Shown: piece after piece, positions 55,432 to 64,000 of the stretch | Layout of the letters: every line of letters begins with the position of its first letter | How positions within the stretch are numbered: the stretch's first letter is position 1 | Source of the DNA: Pseudodonghicola sp. | GTDB lineage: Bacteria; Pseudomonadota; Alphaproteobacteria; Rhodobacterales; Rhodobacteraceae | Length of the DNA stretch: 64,000 nucleotides | Assembly: GCF_048268305.1 (NCBI RefSeq) | Contig: NZ_JBLWVT010000001.1 | Coordinates: 160,046 to 224,045, forward strand | Direction of reading: 5' to 3' | Notes under the pieces: generated by a model | The model's input: only the letters and a program-made list of their open reading frames with translations | Databases searched by the model: none | What the model was told of the DNA's origin: nothing | Made by a program: the position numbers and the translations under genes

Positions 55432-56325
55432 ATGTTCTTGCGACGTATGACAACCCTGCTGGCCCCCTATCTGTTCGTGGGGCCGGCGGTGCTGTTCGTG
55501 GCGGCGGTGCTCTATGCGCCGGTGCTGTTTTCGGTCGGCCTGTCGCTGAGCGACTGGAACTTCATCACGCCCGAGGCGCATTTCGTCGGGCTTGACAACT
55601 ATCGCGCCATCCTGGCCGATCCGGGGTTCCGCACCGCCGCGGGCAATACGCTGCTTTATTGCCTGTTGCTGATCCCGGCGCAGATCCTGGTGCCGCTGGC
55701 GCTGGCCGCCCTGCTGATCCGGGTGCGTCGCCCGGGGCTGTCGCAGTTCTACAAGGCGGCGCTGTTCCTGCCGACGATCCTGGCCTATTCCACCGCCGGC
55801 ATCGCCTGGTCCTGGCTGTTCGATCTGCAGAACGGCTTTCTCAACACGCTGCTGGGCTGGTTCGGCCTGCCGCCGAGCGGCTGGCACAGCGACCCTGGGC
55901 TGGCGCTCTATTGCGTCGCGCTGGTGACCTTCTGGAAGAACTTCGGGCTGAACATGCTGCTGTTGCTGGCGGCGCTGGTGGCGGTGCCGCGTTCGGTGCT
56001 GGAGGCGGCGGCGATCGACAATGCCGGGCCCTGGCGGCGGTTCTGGAGCATCGAGCTGCCGATGATCTCTCCCACCTTCTTCTTCGTCGCGGTCACCACC
56101 ACGATGAACGTGCTCGACGACATCGTCGGGGTGATCGACGTGCTGACCGAAGGCGGCCCCTTCAACCGGTCGACCAATATCCTCTATTACATGTATCAGA
56201 GCGGGCTGAATTTCTTCCAGTTCGGCAAGGCCAGCGCCGCCGCGGTGATGATCATCCTGCTGGTCTTCGCGGTGACCTGGGCGCAATTCCGCATGTTCGA
56301 AAGGCGGGTCCATTATGAAAGCTGA
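55432..56325 (+). CDS. Carbohydrate ABC transporter permease (MalF/UgpA-like)
   Basis: ATG at 55432. Six hydrophobic helices. EAA-loop region LEAAAIDNAGPWRRFWSIELPM. Confidence 0.9.
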   Translation: MFLRRMTTLLAPYLFVGPAVLFVAAVLYAPVLFSVGLSLSDWNFITPEAHFVGLDNYRAILADPGFRTAAGNTLLYCLLLIPAQILVPLALAALLIRVRRPGLSQFYKAALFLPTILAYSTAGIAWSWLFDLQNGFLNTLLGWFGLPPSGWHSDPGLALYCVALVTFWKNFGLNMLLLLAALVAVPRSVLEAAAIDNAGPWRRFWSIELPMISPTFFFVAVTTTMNVLDDIVGVIDVLTEGGPFNRSTNILYYMYQSGLNFFQFGKASAAAVMIILLVFAVTWAQFRMFERRVHYES

Positions 56326-57151
56326 ACCCCTGCAACGAACGCCCTGGGTCGTCCACGGCCTGCTGATGCTGGCCGCGGTGGTGACGATCTTTCCGCTGTT
56401 CTGGGTGGCGACCACCGCCTTCACCCCGAACGATCTGGTGTTGCAGAAGGCCTTCCGCTTCTGGCCGGACCAGCCGTCGTTCGAGAATTTCCGCGCTGCC
56501 TTCGCCGGCTATCCGGTGCTGGCCTGGACGCTGAATTCGCTGCTGGTCGCCGGGCTGGTGACGCTGGGCAAGATGCTGATCGCGGTGCCGGCGGGCTTTG
56601 CCTTTGCGCAGATGCGCTTTCGTGGGCGCGAGACGCTGTTCTGGATCATCGTGGTGACCATGACCTTTCCCACCGTGATCGGAATCGTGCCGCTCTACAT
56701 CGGGATTTCGATGATCGGCTGGTACGACAGCCGCGCCGCCATCATCGTGCCGTCGATTGCCTATATCGGCTTTTACGTCTTCTTCATGCGTCAGACCTTT
56801 CGTGGCCTGCCGCGCGAGATGTTCGAGGCAGCCCGGCTTGACCGCGCCGGCCCGTTTCGCGAGCTGGTGCAGATCGCCCTGCCGAATGTGCTGCCCGCCA
56901 TCGCCTCGCTCAGCGTGATCAGCTTTCTCGGGGCCTGGAACATCTATCTCTGGACCCTGCTGATCGTCGATTCCGACAGCAAGCGGACCCTCGCGGTCGG
57001 CATCAAGGTATTTACCGCGGTGGATGATTACGAGCCGCTCTGGGGGCCGATGATGGCGGTCGCGCTGATCTCGATGCTGCCTGTCTTGATCCTGTTCCTT
57101 TTCGCGCAGCGCTTCGTCATGGCCGCCTTCACCGGGCGGATCGACGAATGA
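56315..57151 (+). CDS. Carbohydrate ABC transporter permease (MalG/UgpE-like)
   Basis: 278 aa. EAA-loop FEAARLDRAGPFRELVQIALP. 11-nt overlap with the upstream permease gene. Confidence 0.9.
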   Translation: MKAEPLQRTPWVVHGLLMLAAVVTIFPLFWVATTAFTPNDLVLQKAFRFWPDQPSFENFRAAFAGYPVLAWTLNSLLVAGLVTLGKMLIAVPAGFAFAQMRFRGRETLFWIIVVTMTFPTVIGIVPLYIGISMIGWYDSRAAIIVPSIAYIGFYVFFMRQTFRGLPREMFEAARLDRAGPFRELVQIALPNVLPAIASLSVISFLGAWNIYLWTLLIVDSDSKRTLAVGIKVFTAVDDYEPLWGPMMAVALISMLPVLILFLFAQRFVMAAFTGRIDE

Positions 57152-58044
57152 GCCGGGTCGCGGTGATCGGGAATGTCTCGCTCGACATTCTGTTCGAGGT
57201 GCCGCGGCTGCCGCGGGATCACGAGAAGCTGGTGGCCGACGACATGCGGATCGCCGGCGGCGGGGCGCCGGCCAATGTCGCCCACTGGCTGGCGCGGCTG
57301 GGGCATCAGGTCGATGTCTATTCCGTCACCGGCACCGATCCGCTGTCAGAGGCGGCGGTGCAGAGCCTGCGGCAGAGCGGCATCGACACCGGTGGGATAA
57401 ACCGGGTCGCGGGGGTGTCGCCCGCGATCTCGGTGATCCTGACCGGCGGCAGGCTGAAGTCGATGATCTCGAGCCGGCGGTTGCGCGATCCGGCGCTCTG
57501 GGCGGCGCTGGTCGAGGGCTGCGATCTGTCGGGCTATGATCACGTCCATATGCTGGCCGCGCTCTTTCCGACGCTCTTCGCCGGCGGGCGTCGCGCCGAT
57601 CTGGCTGGTTGCACCGTCTCGACGGATCTGAACGGCAGCTATGATCCGGCGCTGGTGGCGGCGTTGGATCATGTTTTCAGCAATGCCGATGAGCTGGCCG
57701 CCTGTACCGGGCGGCAGGATATCGACGCCCTCGTCGCCGCCGAGATCGCCGGGCGGCCGCACCATTTCGTGGTTACCCAGGCCGGCGCGCGGGTGAGCTG
57801 TTATCGCGACGGCCGTCGTTGCGACGTGGTGCCGGGTCCGGTCGCGGTGGTGGATCGCACCGGTGGCGGCGATGCCTTCGGTGCGGGATATCTGCATGCC
57901 ATCTGGGCCGGCGCGACCGAGGAGCAGGCGCTGCGGGCGGGGCTTCGCCTTGCCGGGGCCGTGATCGGCGCCTTGGGAGCGCGTCCCGAAGGGGCGGCGA
58001 TCGACGACGCCCTGGCCGAATTGCGCGAGCGCTGGCCGGCCTGA
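57148..58044 (+). CDS. PfkB-family carbohydrate kinase
   Basis: 298 aa. VIGNVSLDI N-terminal motif and PfkB signature VDRTGGGDAFGAGYLH. ATGA overlap with the permease gene. Confidence 0.85.
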   Translation: MSRVAVIGNVSLDILFEVPRLPRDHEKLVADDMRIAGGGAPANVAHWLARLGHQVDVYSVTGTDPLSEAAVQSLRQSGIDTGGINRVAGVSPAISVILTGGRLKSMISSRRLRDPALWAALVEGCDLSGYDHVHMLAALFPTLFAGGRRADLAGCTVSTDLNGSYDPALVAALDHVFSNADELAACTGRQDIDALVAAEIAGRPHHFVVTQAGARVSCYRDGRRCDVVPGPVAVVDRTGGGDAFGAGYLHAIWAGATEEQALRAGLRLAGAVIGALGARPEGAAIDDALAELRERWPA

Positions 58045-58067
58045 GCCGGGGCAGGGGGCGAAAGGCA

Positions 58068-58097
58068 GATGCCGCGGGGATAATCGCCCGCGGCATC
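58068..58097. terminator. 11-bp perfect stem-loop between the convergent kinase and RTX genes
   Basis: GATGCCGCGGG gataatcg CCCGCGGCATC. No clear U-tract on either side. Confidence 0.4.
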
Positions 58098-58171
58098 GGT
58101 GTTCGTGGCCTCTGATGATCTGGAAGAATGGGTGGTGGCGGCCCTCGAAATCGATAGCCGCCCCCGCCTGA

Positions 58172-61100
58172 TCAGAGAAAGTCGATGTCGTTCAACAGCA
58201 AGGTCCGGTCGGCGACGCCTTCGACGATCAGCTTGGTGCCATCGCCGAAGTCGAAGACGACGTTGCCGTCGATCTCGGTGGCATAGGTATTGACCATCTC
58301 TTCCACCGACAGCACCCCATCCGTGGCCCAGAGCTGTTCATCGAGCCACAGGGTATCGGCGTCGTCGGTGAAATCGGTGATGGTGTCGGTGCCATATTCC
58401 ACCATGAAGACAAAGGTATCCTTGCCCACGCCGCCTTCCAGCAGGTCGTCTCCGGCGCCACCGTCCAGCAGGTCGTTGCCGCCGCCGCCAAGCAGGGTGT
58501 CCTGGCCGTCGCCGCCATTCAGAACGTCCTTTCCCCGGTCGCCGGCAAGGATGTCGTTACCCTCGCCTCCCGCCAGGCTGTCGCCGCCGCGCCCGCCAAG
58601 GAGCGTGTCGTTCCCCGCGCCGCCCTGCAGGTCGTCCTGACCCTTGCCGCCGCTCAGCGTGTCGTTGCCGGCGCCACCGATCAGGGTGTCGCGACCGGCC
58701 CCGCCGAACAGCGTATCGTTCCCGTCGCCGCCGTCGATCTGGTCAGCGCCCATCTTGCCGCGGATGAAGTCGTCGCCGCCGAAGCCGGACAGCAGATCAT
58801 CGCCCGTCGTCGCCGCGATCACGTCATTGGCGTCGGTGGCGCCGAAGGCATCGGCCTCGACATCAAGGGTGACATTGGCCGTCGCAGTGCCGCCGTTGCC
58901 GTCGGAGAGGGTATAGGTGAAGCTCGCCTCACCCTCGAAACCGGGGGCGGGAGTAAAGATCACCTTGCCGTCTTCGCTCAGCGTGACGGTGCCGTTCACC
59001 GCGTCCTGCACCGAGACGATGCTAAGCTGGTCGGTGTCGGCATCGCTGTCGTTGGCCAGCAGATCCTCAGCCGCGATCACCAGGGCCACCCCGGCCGTCG
59101 CCTCCAGGCCGCTGTCGTCCATGGCGATGGGATCGGCATTCACCACCGGGGCAGGTTTTGCCAGGGACACCACGGTGACCTCCTCGAAAGAGGTGCCGGC
59201 GCTTTTCCAGGTGTAAAGCCCGAAGGTGCCGGTTGCGATCTGATGATCCTCGGTCGGATCGGCAAAGATCATCTCGCCATCGAGATAGGCCGAGATCACC
59301 CCGTCCTTGATGTCGAGCCGCAGTTCGACCGTGCTGCCGGGGGTGTATTTTGCCGGAACCCGGTCCAGCACCTCTTCGATGCCGTCCTTGACGTAGACCA
59401 GGTTCCACAGGCCGCCTTTGCTGTCGAGCTCGAGCTTATAGTAATTCGCCTCGTCCTGATAATGGAACACCAGGCCCAGCCCGTTGGCGGCATCGCCTTC
59501 CGGGGTCGCGATGGTGGTCTGCACCGAATAGTCGGCCCAATCGGCCGCCTCTTCCGCGTCATAAAGCGCGATGGTGCCCTTGCGCAGGACGTTGACGCCA
59601 TCGCCCAGCGGGCTCCAGCGCTGTTCCCAGACACCATTGCCGCCGCCGGTCAGCTGGTCGCTGTAGATGTCCGACATCTGGCTCAGCGCGCCATCGGCAA
59701 GCTGCCAGTCCGAGCTGCCGATCGAGCCGTCCTGGTCGATGATCCGCCAGGTGCCATCGGTCAGGCTGTCGGTGTCGAAGCTGTCGTGCACCAGGATATC
59801 CTTGGCCTCGACGATATCGACCGCGACGAAATCGCTGGCGGTGCGGCCGCTGGCATCGGTGACCACCAGGGTCAGCCCTTCGGTTCCGACCGGCAGGTCC
59901 AGGGTGACCCGGGCGCCGGTGGCGATTTCTGTGCCGTCGAGCTGCCAGCTATAGCTGACGATCTCGTCAAGCCCATAGGAATCCGCGCCGTTCAGCGTGA
60001 CCGAAGCGGTGCCGTCGCCATCCATGTCGAGAGCGCGGAACGACCCTTCCGCATGGGCGGTGAGCGAGACCTGCTGTACCAGCACGTTGTCGAAGCTGGT
60101 GCCGTCCTGATAGTTCGAGAATACCCCGACGGTGCCGCCGGACAGCGGATCCGCGTCGATCACCGGGCCAAAGACGCTCTGGCCGTTCATGAAGACTTCG
60201 ATCTGATCGCCTGCGACCACCACCTTCACGTCGATGTCGTCGTCGAAGACATAGCCCTTGTCGACCTCGGCCAGCACCGTTTCGACGCCGTTGTCGACCT
60301 TGATCAGCCGGCGATAGTTGCCGGCGTCATAGGTCTGGAAGCGGTAATAGGTGCCCTCGTCCTGATAGTAGAAATAGACGCCGAATTCGTCGTCATCGGT
60401 GGAATGGGCGGTGACCTCGAAGCTGTAATCGCTCCAGTCCATCGCCTCGGCGGCGGTGTAGATCAGCATTTTGCCGGGGGCGTCACTGACATCGTAAAGT
60501 TCGCCCAGCGCCGCCTCGGGGCTGACCCCGTCCGAGGCATAGGTGCCGCGCACGATCCAGCTTCCCAGATCGTCCTCGGCATTGTCAAAGATGGTGATCC
60601 CACCCGTGCCGCCGAAACTGTCGGACAAGGGAGCGTCGCCCCCGAAGTCGAGCTGGAAAGTCTGCGCGCCCTCGATCGCCTCGGTCAGGATGCCGCCGGC
60701 GGTGACGCCGCCAAGCTCGGCCACCTCAGCCGCCGTCAGCACCGCCTCGGTCAGCATCAGGCTGCTGATATAGCCCGACATGGTGGCGCCGTCGGTATTG
60801 TCGTTGAACAGCACGAAGCCGACCTCGGGGTCGATCACGTAATTCGCCAGCGCGTTGCTATAGTCGAAGGAGCCGATCAGCTCGCCATCCAGATAGATGT
60901 TCAGGCCGGCGACATTCTTGCCGTTGACGGTGCCGGCATCCTCGACGGTCAGCACCACCCGGTGCCATTCGTCATAGCTGAAATCACCGAAATAGGTGCC
61001 CGAGTTGCCGATCACGTTGCGGCCATCGCCATAGCGGTTGGTGTTGACGAACAGTTCGCCATCGTCGGTATTGGTCGGATCGGCCTGGAAGAAGGGGAAC

Positions 61101-62980
61101 CAGTTGCCCTGGCCCGAGGGCACCAGAACGTCGAAGGCGATGGTATAGCTGGTCAGCTTGGCGCCATCCTCGGTCGAAAAGCCGGGATCGACCAGAAAGC
61201 CCTGGCCGCTGACCTCCAGCGCCGGGAAGCTCATGACGCCGGTGTCGCCATCCGCCAGCTTGGGCAGGTCCAGCGTATCGGTCGTGACGAACTCGGTCTG
61301 GCTGTCCAGAGACGGGGACAGCGAACTGCTCCAATGGGCGGCGGTGCCATCGTTGAAGTTCTCGACCAGCAGGGTGTCGTCGGTGCTGACCACGACCAGC
61401 ACGTCATCGCTGTTCACCCGGCCCTCGGCATCGGTCACCTGCAGGGTGATCTGGTGCCGACCGGCCTCCAGCTCGATCTCGGCGGTGGCGCCGGTGGCGA
61501 TGACCTTGCCGTCGGCATCGAGCCAGTCATAGGCGGTGATCAGATCGCCGTTCAGCGATTTGCCGGCGTCCAGCGTGATCGTGGTGCTGTCCGCGCCTTC
61601 CGAGGCGTCGACAAAGACGTCATTGCCGGTGTCGGCCTGCGCCCGCAGTTCCGGCGTGCCAAGGTCGATCCCGGTGATCACCTCCTCATGCTCGAGATAG
61701 CTGCCGGTCAGCCCGTCGCGGCCGGCCTCCGCGCTGTCGCGATAGCCCTCGATGTAGGAGTCGAGATTGGCGAAATAGGTCTCGGTATAGACGGCGCCGT
61801 TGTCCGGGTCGATCGTGACCAGCCGCACCGCGCCGTTGCCGCCGTTGCCGCCCGAGATCTCGGTGGTGACGCCGCCCTGATAATTGGCCAGCATCTGCAG
61901 CACGCTGGTGCCGTATTCGGTATAGCTCTGCGCCGTCTCTGCGCCGTCGCCGCCGATGATATGGCCCGAGAAGACGAAGCTGATGTTCGGATATTGGCTG
62001 ACCAGCTTTTCCCAGATGTCGGCGCCGCTGCTATAGCCTTCGACATCCTTGCCCAGGCCGTAATCGGTGCCGGTGCCGCCGCCGTATTGGCCCAGCTCGT
62101 CGTTGACGCCGGCATAATCCATGTAATTGTGGGTGGTCAGGATGACGCGGTAATCGAGATGGCTGTCGAGCACTTCGGAGGCCCATTCCAGCACGTTGTC
62201 GCGCGGCGAGAATTCCAGGCTCAGCACCATCCAGTTGGTGCCGTCGGGGGCGGTGAAGCTGTGATAGGTATTGGCGGCGCTGTCCGGATCGCCGTCATAG
62301 GTGCCGCCGAAGGAGCCGGAATTGACCTCGGACTGATGCGCGACCGAGAAATATTCGTCCAGATAGGTGGCGCTGTGATCGCTGGCACGGCCGCCGGTGC
62401 TCATGTCATGGTTGCCCGGCAGCAGCGAATAGGGGATCACCCCGTCGAGGTTGCTGATCGCATCCGCGGCGATTTCCCACTGATAATCATAATTGTTGTC
62501 AGTCACGTCACCCACATGGGTGGCGAAGAGGATGTTCATCGACTCCGCATTGTCGGCCAGCCATTGCGTCATATCGCCGAAGATGTGGTTCAGGTCGGGG
62601 TTGGAGGTATAGGTCTGGGTGTCGGGCAGGACCGCGACGGTAAAGGCATTGTCGCCGGCCACCCGGGCGCGGAAGCTGTCGCTGATCTCGTTGCCGAGAC
62701 CGTCGGTGGCGGTGACGGTCAGATCGCTGTAGTCGAGCAGCCCCAGCACATCGAGGGTCAGAACCCCGCCCTCGATATGGGCATCGATCACCGCCCCGTT
62801 CGAGTTGGTGACGCTATAAGTCAGCCCCTCGCCGGTGAAGTGATCGGACAGGGTGATGGTGACCTGCTCCTGGCTTTCCTTGATCAGCAGGTGGTTGATC
62901 TCTTCGCGCAGTTGCAGCGATTGGGGTGCCTCGGCTTCCGAGGCGTCGGTGGTGGTGGTGGTGGCGAGGGACGAGGACAT
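58172..62980 (-). CDS. Giant secreted RTX-type multidomain protein with N-terminal calcineurin-like metallophosphoesterase domain
   Basis: 1602 aa with ATG start and no N-terminal signal peptide. aa ~112-400 carry metallophosphoesterase motifs (VAVLPDTQ, THVGDVTDN, LLPGNHD, LTTHNY, FSGHI). aa ~445-532 and ~975-1058 are PKD-like. aa ~535-760 is LamG/ConA-like. aa ~795-970 and ~1060-1272 are DUF1080/ConA-like (FGVYFYYQDEGTYYRF, LGLVFHYQDEANYYKL). aa ~1279-1375 is a cadherin-like repeat (LLANDSDADTDQLSIVSV...FTYTLSDGNGG). aa ~1392-1525 hold GGxGxDxL RTX nonapeptides. The C-terminal ~75 aa are acidic and T1SS-signal-like. Confidence 0.9.
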   Translation of the reverse strand: MSSSLATTTTTDASEAEAPQSLQLREEINHLLIKESQEQVTITLSDHFTGEGLTYSVTNSNGAVIDAHIEGGVLTLDVLGLLDYSDLTVTATDGLGNEISDSFRARVAGDNAFTVAVLPDTQTYTSNPDLNHIFGDMTQWLADNAESMNILFATHVGDVTDNNYDYQWEIAADAISNLDGVIPYSLLPGNHDMSTGGRASDHSATYLDEYFSVAHQSEVNSGSFGGTYDGDPDSAANTYHSFTAPDGTNWMVLSLEFSPRDNVLEWASEVLDSHLDYRVILTTHNYMDYAGVNDELGQYGGGTGTDYGLGKDVEGYSSGADIWEKLVSQYPNISFVFSGHIIGGDGAETAQSYTEYGTSVLQMLANYQGGVTTEISGGNGGNGAVRLVTIDPDNGAVYTETYFANLDSYIEGYRDSAEAGRDGLTGSYLEHEEVITGIDLGTPELRAQADTGNDVFVDASEGADSTTITLDAGKSLNGDLITAYDWLDADGKVIATGATAEIELEAGRHQITLQVTDAEGRVNSDDVLVVVSTDDTLLVENFNDGTAAHWSSSLSPSLDSQTEFVTTDTLDLPKLADGDTGVMSFPALEVSGQGFLVDPGFSTEDGAKLTSYTIAFDVLVPSGQGNWFPFFQADPTNTDDGELFVNTNRYGDGRNVIGNSGTYFGDFSYDEWHRVVLTVEDAGTVNGKNVAGLNIYLDGELIGSFDYSNALANYVIDPEVGFVLFNDNTDGATMSGYISSLMLTEAVLTAAEVAELGGVTAGGILTEAIEGAQTFQLDFGGDAPLSDSFGGTGGITIFDNAEDDLGSWIVRGTYASDGVSPEAALGELYDVSDAPGKMLIYTAAEAMDWSDYSFEVTAHSTDDDEFGVYFYYQDEGTYYRFQTYDAGNYRRLIKVDNGVETVLAEVDKGYVFDDDIDVKVVVAGDQIEVFMNGQSVFGPVIDADPLSGGTVGVFSNYQDGTSFDNVLVQQVSLTAHAEGSFRALDMDGDGTASVTLNGADSYGLDEIVSYSWQLDGTEIATGARVTLDLPVGTEGLTLVVTDASGRTASDFVAVDIVEAKDILVHDSFDTDSLTDGTWRIIDQDGSIGSSDWQLADGALSQMSDIYSDQLTGGGNGVWEQRWSPLGDGVNVLRKGTIALYDAEEAADWADYSVQTTIATPEGDAANGLGLVFHYQDEANYYKLELDSKGGLWNLVYVKDGIEEVLDRVPAKYTPGSTVELRLDIKDGVISAYLDGEMIFADPTEDHQIATGTFGLYTWKSAGTSFEEVTVVSLAKPAPVVNADPIAMDDSGLEATAGVALVIAAEDLLANDSDADTDQLSIVSVQDAVNGTVTLSEDGKVIFTPAPGFEGEASFTYTLSDGNGGTATANVTLDVEADAFGATDANDVIAATTGDDLLSGFGGDDFIRGKMGADQIDGGDGNDTLFGGAGRDTLIGGAGNDTLSGGKGQDDLQGGAGNDTLLGGRGGDSLAGGEGNDILAGDRGKDVLNGGDGQDTLLGGGGNDLLDGGAGDDLLEGGVGKDTFVFMVEYGTDTITDFTDDADTLWLDEQLWATDGVLSVEEMVNTYATEIDGNVVFDFGDGTKLIVEGVADRTLLLNDIDFL
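58406..58807 (-). repeat. RTX calcium-binding nonapeptide repeat block (coding)
   Basis: Translated: ...GGDGNDTLFGGAGRDTLIGGAGNDTLSGGKGQDDLQGGAGNDTLLGGRGGDSLAGGEGNDILAGDRGKDVLNGGDGQDTLLGGGGNDLLDGGAGDDLLEGGVGKD, which is about 13 GGxGxDxUx units. Confidence 0.9.
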
Positions 62981-63086
62981 GAGGGGGTTCCTGTTCAGGT
63001 CGGGGTGAGTGTTCGCGGCCTCGTTAACAGGGTCGTGGTCCCGGAAATGTGACAGATCGCTTACAACCCATTGATTTTGCTATGGG

Positions 63087-63113
63087 GTTTTTCTATCCCC
63101 GCCATAGAAAAAC
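63087..63113. promoter_or_regulatory. AT-rich perfect 10-bp inverted repeat containing a T-N11-A LysR-type box
   Basis: GTTTTTCTAT ccccgcc ATAGAAAAAC; the core TAT-N7-ATA fits T-N11-A. It lies in the divergent region between the RTX gene (start 62980) and the LysR gene (start 63227). Confidence 0.45.
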
Positions 63114-63226
63114 ACCGCGGTCGCGGCGGGTGTCACATTGATGTCAAGGGCTTGGGTATAGAGAACGCCTGCGGGCGCGCCCGTTCTTCGGCACGCGCTG
63201 CCCTGGCCATCGGAGCCGTTGACGTC

Positions 63227-64000
63227 ATGTCCACGAAACAGTTGAAAGCCTTCCATGTGGTTGCCCTGTCCGGCGGCTTCTCTCAGGCTGCGCGGGACAT
63301 GGGGGTCAGCCAGCCGACCCTCTCGGCCCATGTCCGGGCGCTCGAGGCGCATTGCGGCGTCAATCTGCTGGAGCGCAAGAATTCTGGCGTCGTGCTCAGC
63401 CCGCATGGGGAGGAGCTGTTCCAGATCACCACCCGTCTGTTCAAGGCCGAGCAGGAGGCGAATGCCTTTCTGCGCACCAAGAGCCGCCGCGACAGCGGCC
63501 ATCTGCGCATCGCTGCCGATGGTCCCTATCCGGCGCTGTCGATCTTCGCGCTGCTCCGGGCCGAGCGGGCGAATATGACGCTGACGCTGTCGATCGACAA
63601 TTCCGCGCGGGTGATCGAACGGGTGCTGGACCGGCGCGCCGATGCGGCGATCACCGCCTGTCGGCCCGATGATGCCCGCCTGCACGGGGTCAAGTTCCTC
63701 AGCACCCGCCTGGGGCTTTGCGTGCCGCTGGCGCATCCCTTGGCGGCGTATCCCGACGGCGTGGCGCTGGGTGACATCCTGGACCAGACCTTTGTGATGC
63801 GCGAGCGCGGGTCGCGCACCCAGGAGGTGTTCGAGACCAGCCTGGCCGCTCGCGGGCTGGCGATCGAAAGCTCGATCGCCGTCTCGTCGCGCGAAGGCAT
63901 GCGCGAGGCGGTGCTGAACGGCATGGGCTGCGGTGTCGTCACCGATCTGGGCTTCGGCTCCGACCCGCGATTGGCCTTCGTGCCGCTGCGGGATGTCGAC
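63227..64000 (+). CDS. LysR-family transcriptional regulator (partial; runs off the 3' edge)
   Basis: Not in the ORF track. My translation from the ATG at 63227 is MSTKQLKAFHVVALSGGFSQAARDMGVSQPTLSAHVRALEAHCGVNLLERKNSGVVLSPHGEELF... It stays open to position 64000. Confidence 0.88.
   Translation, partial: MSTKQLKAFHVVALSGGFSQAARDMGVSQPTLSAHVRALEAHCGVNLLERKNSGVVLSPHGEELFQITTRLFKAEQEANAFLRTKSRRDSGHLRIAADGPYPALSIFALLRAERANMTLTLSIDNSARVIERVLDRRADAAITACRPDDARLHGVKFLSTRLGLCVPLAHPLAAYPDGVALGDILDQTFVMRERGSRTQEVFETSLAARGLAIESSIAVSSREGMREAVLNGMGCGVVTDLGFGSDPRLAFVPLRDVD

Noticed and set aside
52995-63000. Integrative element or prophage inserted at tRNA-Arg
   Set aside because: No integrase, excisionase, phage, conjugation or transposase gene is present, and I found no repeat of the tRNA 3' end by eye. 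It is kept only as a low-interest compositional observation in the findings.
59243-63052. 1269-aa ORF on the plus strand, antisense to the RTX gene
   Set aside because: It lies entirely within and opposite a CDS that has clear domain motifs. Its translation is low-complexity (G/A/R/V/D/I-rich) with no recognisable motif, no RBS and no sensible start context. Long stop-free antisense frames are expected opposite GC3-biased genes.

Overview
A 64-kb, high-G+C (about two-thirds by eye) chromosomal segment. Gene content looks alphaproteobacterial, Rhodobacteraceae-like (inference from slt/dapA divergence, tpa-tauABC, a TAT-exported 5'-nucleotidase and a giant RTX protein). I support about 60 CDS, one tRNA-Arg(ACG), several intrinsic-terminator-like hairpins, a dispersed intergenic repeat family and a few operator-like repeats. 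Most of the window is ordinary housekeeping or catabolic content: fadH, rppH, nth, dapA, slt, rpmH-rnpA-yidD, pxpBCA, tpa-tauABC, a peptide-type ABC/amidase cluster, a sugar-type ABC/kinase cluster and many one-component regulators. I recognise no transposase, integrase, phage, CRISPR-Cas, toxin-antitoxin or known defence gene, and I cannot point to a clear-cut new multi-gene system with recognisable hallmarks. The best candidates for a second look are listed here. (1) A tightly coupled six-gene operon (24923-30724) under a divergent DeoR regulator joins an iron/AfuA-type ABC importer to three different phosphoesterases: a beta-CASP-like MBL hydrolase, a histidine phosphatase and a T4-Pnk-like HAD 3'-phosphatase. 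A TAT-exported 5'-nucleotidase lies next door. (2) A 1602-aa signal-peptide-less RTX protein (58172-62980) has an N-terminal calcineurin-like metallophosphoesterase domain and duplicated PKD/LamG/DUF1080-like modules. No type I secretion genes are nearby, and its divergent promoter carries nested inverted repeats next to a LysR gene. (3) A composite intergenic repeat family includes a tandemly duplicated 61/60-bp unit carrying a perfect 19-nt palindrome. (4) TauC carries an N-terminal extension of about 200 aa. (5) CTGGA-type direct repeats spaced two helical turns apart occur both upstream of a MocR-type regulator and in the tpa-tauA control region. Many very long ORFs in the supplied track are antisense shadow ORFs typical of GC-rich DNA and are rejected.
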